Assembly (NCBI GenBank): GCA_934095865.1 | Contig: CAKOKU010000002.1 | Span: 57,495 to 121,494, forward strand | DNA from: an uncultured Bacilli bacterium | Lineage (GTDB): Bacteria > Bacillota_I > Bacilli_A > RF39 > UBA660 | Direction: 5' to 3' | Length of the DNA stretch: 64,000 bases | Notes under the pieces: generated by a model | Database searches by the model: none | What the model saw: the letters and a program-made list of their open reading frames with translations, nothing else | Told to the model about the DNA's origin: nothing | Translations under genes and position numbers: made by a program | In this document: in pieces, positions 61,096 through 64,000 of the stretch | How the letters are laid out: every line of letters starts with the position of its first letter | Numbering within the stretch: position 1 is the stretch's first letter

Positions 61096-62472
61096 TTGGT
61101 TATAAGTGGGGTGATAATTTTGCAATCTCAGGATTTATGGGATAAATTTTTGAATATATTACAAGAAAAAATGAATCCTATATCCTTTAATACTTGGTTT
61201 AAACCGTTGAAATTACAAGAAATATCAAAAAAAGATAACAAAATTATTATTCAGGTGCCTATGGGAGTACATAAAACAACGTTGGAAACAAGTTGGCATA
61301 AGATTATTGAAGAAGCCCTTTTAGAGGCTACTGGCAATTCTTATGAAATTGTTTATACGTTGGAAAGTATGACTACTCAAAATAAAGAAGATTCTTCCTC
61401 TTTAAATGGTAAAAAAGAAGAAGAATCTTTTAATACGAATTTAAAAAAAGAGTTTACTTTTGATAATTTTGTAACAGGAGATACTAATAAATTTGCTAAG
61501 ACAGCAGCGATTGCTGTTGCTGAAGCTCCTGGTAAAGTTTATAATCCATTATTTATGTATGGGAAAAGTGGTGTTGGTAAGACTCATTTAATGCATGCAA
61601 TAGGCAATTATATAACTGAACATACTAATTTGAAGGTTTTATACACAACTAGTGATAGCTTTAAAGATGATTATACTAGTATTGCTGGTGGTGGTAGTGA
61701 TAGTACTTTTTCAAGAGCTGAATATTTTAAAAATAAGTATCGTGATGTTGATGTTTTGTTGATTGATGATATTCAGTTTTTGGTTGGAGCTGAAAAAACT
61801 CAACAAGGGTTCTTTCATACTTTTAATGAGCTACATGATAAGAATAAACAAATAATTATTACATCTGATCGTTCGCCGGAAGATTTAAAACTTTTAGAAG
61901 AACGTTTAAGAAGTAGATTTGCTTGGGGATTACCTGTTGATATTTATCCACCAGACTACGAACTACGTTGTCGAATTATTAGAGATAAAGTTAGATATTT
62001 GAATTTGGCATCAATGTTAAATGATGATGTTGTTAATTATATTGCTAATTCATGTGATACTGATGTTCGTGAAATCGAAGGTGCGATTAATAGATTACAA
62101 GCTTATACAGCTGTTTATGCCCCAGCAAATATCACTTTGGATTTTGCGATGGAAGCTTTGGGAGATTATGTTAATAATAATATTTACTCTATAAGTAACA
62201 TTTCGTTAGTTCAAAAAGCGGTTGCTGATTACTATGGAATAACTGTTGAAGCTTTGAAAGGTAAGAAAAAATCAAAGAATATTGCTTATCCAAGGATGCT
62301 TGGAATGTATATGGCGAGAATAATGACAAATGAATCATTTCCGCGAATTGGTTTGGAATTTGGTGGTAGAGACCATTCTACGGTTATCCATGCTTGTGAT
62401 AAAATAGAAGAAGATTTAAAGGATAATAAAAAATTACAAGAAATAATAAATGAAATAAAAACAAAGGTTTAA
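61096..62472 (+). CDS. dnaA: chromosomal replication initiator protein DnaA
   Basis: Walker A GKSGVGKTHL; AAA+ box; C-terminal DNA-binding domain with ...DHSTVIHA. Start codon uncertain (TTG 61096, GTG 61111 or TTG 61120). Confidence 0.9.
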   Translation: MVISGVIILQSQDLWDKFLNILQEKMNPISFNTWFKPLKLQEISKKDNKIIIQVPMGVHKTTLETSWHKIIEEALLEATGNSYEIVYTLESMTTQNKEDSSSLNGKKEEESFNTNLKKEFTFDNFVTGDTNKFAKTAAIAVAEAPGKVYNPLFMYGKSGVGKTHLMHAIGNYITEHTNLKVLYTTSDSFKDDYTSIAGGGSDSTFSRAEYFKNKYRDVDVLLIDDIQFLVGAEKTQQGFFHTFNELHDKNKQIIITSDRSPEDLKLLEERLRSRFAWGLPVDIYPPDYELRCRIIRDKVRYLNLASMLNDDVVNYIANSCDTDVREIEGAINRLQAYTAVYAPANITLDFAMEALGDYVNNNIYSISNISLVQKAVADYYGITVEALKGKKKSKNIAYPRMLGMYMARIMTNESFPRIGLEFGGRDHSTVIHACDKIEEDLKDNKKLQEIINEIKTKV

Positions 62473-62494
62473 TATATATAGAAAGAGGTAAGTT

Positions 62495-63613
62495 ATGAAA
62501 TTTACAATTGAAAAAAATATAATTTTAGAAAATTTAATGAATGTAGCAAGAGCTATTTCTACTAAAAATGTTATACCTGTTTTAAATGGTATAAAGTTTG
62601 AAATGCTAGAAGACGGTTTATATTTAACGGCAAGTGATGCAGAATTAACTATAAAATCTTTTATTGCTAAAAAGGATATAAAGGAAGTAAAAGCGTTAGG
62701 CAGTATAATTATTCAAAGTAAATTCATTGTTGATATAATTAGAAAAATGCCTAGTGATATCATCGATTTTGAAGTAGTAGATGGGTTAAAAATAAGATTG
62801 GTAAGTGGTAATAGTGAATGTAGTCTAAATTGTTTAGATTCAAGTGATTATCCACAAATAGCTTTAGATGAACATAAAAATCCTATCATTATTAATAGTT
62901 CATTATTTAAGAAAATAATTAGTCAAACAGCTTTTGCTATTTCAACTCAAGAATTAAGACCTCTTCTTACTGGTTTAAATTTTAAAATTACTGGTGATAT
63001 TTTAGAGTGTATTGCTACTGATTCATACCGTTTAGCTAAGAAAACTGTTTCTTTAAATAGTGGCGCTGAAAATGATGTCAATATGGTAATACCTGGTAGA
63101 AATGTTTTAGAGCTAGATAAAATCATAAATGATGATGTTGATATGGAGTTGCATGTATTTAGTAATAAAGTGTTATTTAAATATAAAAATATTGTTTTCC
63201 AAAGTAATCTTTTAGCTGGTAATTATCCAAATACTAATAATTTAATACCTACTAATTTTGAAATGATGATGAGTACTAATTTAAATGATTTTTATAATGC
63301 AATAGATAGAGCTTCATTAGTTACTCAAAGTAAAGATAAAAATATAGTAAGAATGAAATTAGAAAACAATAAGTTGGTTATAAATTCTTATGCTTCTGAA
63401 ATTGGTAAAGTAGAAGAAACAATTGATGTAGAATGTAATGGTGAATTTGATATAGCTGTATCTTTTAGTGCAAAATATATGTTGGAAGCTTTAAGAACAT
63501 TTAAAGATGAAAAGATAATGATATTGTTAAATGGTGATATTAAGCCTATTGTAATTAAATCTACTGAAGATGAAACATTAATACAATTAATATTACCTAT
63601 AAAAACATATTAA
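62495..63613 (+). CDS. dnaN: DNA polymerase III beta sliding clamp
   Basis: 372 aa; three-domain clamp; MKFTIEK...ILENL start typical of DnaN. Directly downstream of dnaA. Confidence 0.9.
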   Translation: MKFTIEKNIILENLMNVARAISTKNVIPVLNGIKFEMLEDGLYLTASDAELTIKSFIAKKDIKEVKALGSIIIQSKFIVDIIRKMPSDIIDFEVVDGLKIRLVSGNSECSLNCLDSSDYPQIALDEHKNPIIINSSLFKKIISQTAFAISTQELRPLLTGLNFKITGDILECIATDSYRLAKKTVSLNSGAENDVNMVIPGRNVLELDKIINDDVDMELHVFSNKVLFKYKNIVFQSNLLAGNYPNTNNLIPTNFEMMMSTNLNDFYNAIDRASLVTQSKDKNIVRMKLENNKLVINSYASEIGKVEETIDVECNGEFDIAVSFSAKYMLEALRTFKDEKIMILLNGDIKPIVIKSTEDETLIQLILPIKTY

Positions 63614-63676
63614 TTTGTAGTAAATTTTTGATATAAGGGAATCATAAAAATGGTTCTCTTTTTAAAAGTTCTTTTT

Positions 63677-63706
63677 TTCGACAAAGTTCGACAAAATTCG
63701 ACAATA
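63677..63706. promoter_or_regulatory. three tandem, 10-bp-phased copies of TTCGACA (reverse complement TGTCGAA, the Spo0A '0A box' consensus)
   Basis: TTCGACAAAG TTCGACAAAA TTCGACAATA read directly from the sequence. Lies between the dnaN stop and the comK-like start (63753). Confidence 0.5.
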
Positions 63707-63752
63707 TATTTGTGTTATATTAAGCCAAATTCATAAACAAGGGGGAATTTTT

Positions 63753-64000
63753 ATGGAATTTTATGAAATTAATATGGATACTTTATTTTTGAAAGGAGTT
63801 ATTAATGCTTTAGGGGAAGTAAGCACACTTATAATAGAAAATGATAAGGAATTTGGTTTAAAAATATCACCAACAGAAGTAATAAAATATAGTTGTGAAT
63901 TCTTTGGCACGACTTTAGAAGGACGTCAAAAAGGATCAATGAATTTATTGGGAATAAAGCATAAGGTACCAATAGTAGTAGAAAGTAGTATGGAGTTAAT
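63753..64000 (+). CDS. comK: ComK-family competence transcription factor (N-terminal part; truncated by window end)
   Basis: Translation MEFYEINMDTLFLKGV...YSCEFFGTTLEGRQKGSMNLLGIKHKVPIVVESS follows the ComK pattern YEVN..T.A..P...SC.FFGSSY.GRK.GT...I.HK.PI.V. Confidence 0.55.
   Translation, partial: MEFYEINMDTLFLKGVINALGEVSTLIIENDKEFGLKISPTEVIKYSCEFFGTTLEGRQKGSMNLLGIKHKVPIVVESSMEL

Noticed and set aside
1-64000. tRNA/rRNA genes
   Set aside because: No GGTTCGAATCC-type T-arm motifs or rRNA-like conserved blocks seen when reading both strands. None called.

Overview
AT-rich (~28% GC) Firmicutes chromosomal window spanning the replication origin. The origin core is parB-like, rsmG, mnmG, mnmE, jag, yidC, rnpA, rpmH, then a dense DnaA-box cluster, then dnaA and dnaN, then a partial comK-family gene. 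Most of the rest is housekeeping or sporulation-related: argS, rpoE, prfA, prmC, spoIIR-like, murA, rpmE, rpiB, spoIID, an M23 peptidase, tmk, cdnL-like, a P-type ATPase, cotJ genes, rpsI and rplM. The 5' end of the window holds an MMPL transporter with a divergent TetR, a GH25 lipoprotein, htrA and an Abi_2 abortive-infection-like gene.

The main finding is a split cwlD-like germination amidase gene. Its first 38 codons (signal peptide through GHGG) sit at 21872-21988 on the minus strand. The remainder sits about 10.1 kb away at 11199-11756, directly abutting a large serine recombinase gene. The intervening ~10.1 kb element carries winged-helix and XRE regulators, a 699-aa protein built from eight treble-clef zinc-ribbon repeats around a Vsr/DUF559-like nuclease core, a MobV relaxase, and a three-gene module with a ComEC-type metallo-beta-lactamase. 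It is flanked by imperfect 17-bp repeats centred on CCATG. This architecture matches the sporulation-gene intervening elements (skin in sigK, SPbeta in spsM) that are excised by a serine recombinase to restore the gene in the mother cell. I do not recall cwlD as a described target for such an element. This element also looks mobilizable.

Other notable points: three tandem Spo0A-box-like repeats (TTCGACA, 10-bp phased) between dnaN and the comK-like gene; a translationally coupled Abi_2-htrA pair; an MMPL transporter with a large repeat-containing insert; an orphan ParB-like protein with a long disordered tail; and tandem paralogous membrane-anchored genes whose promoter region is also duplicated.

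No rRNA, tRNA or CRISPR array was recognised.
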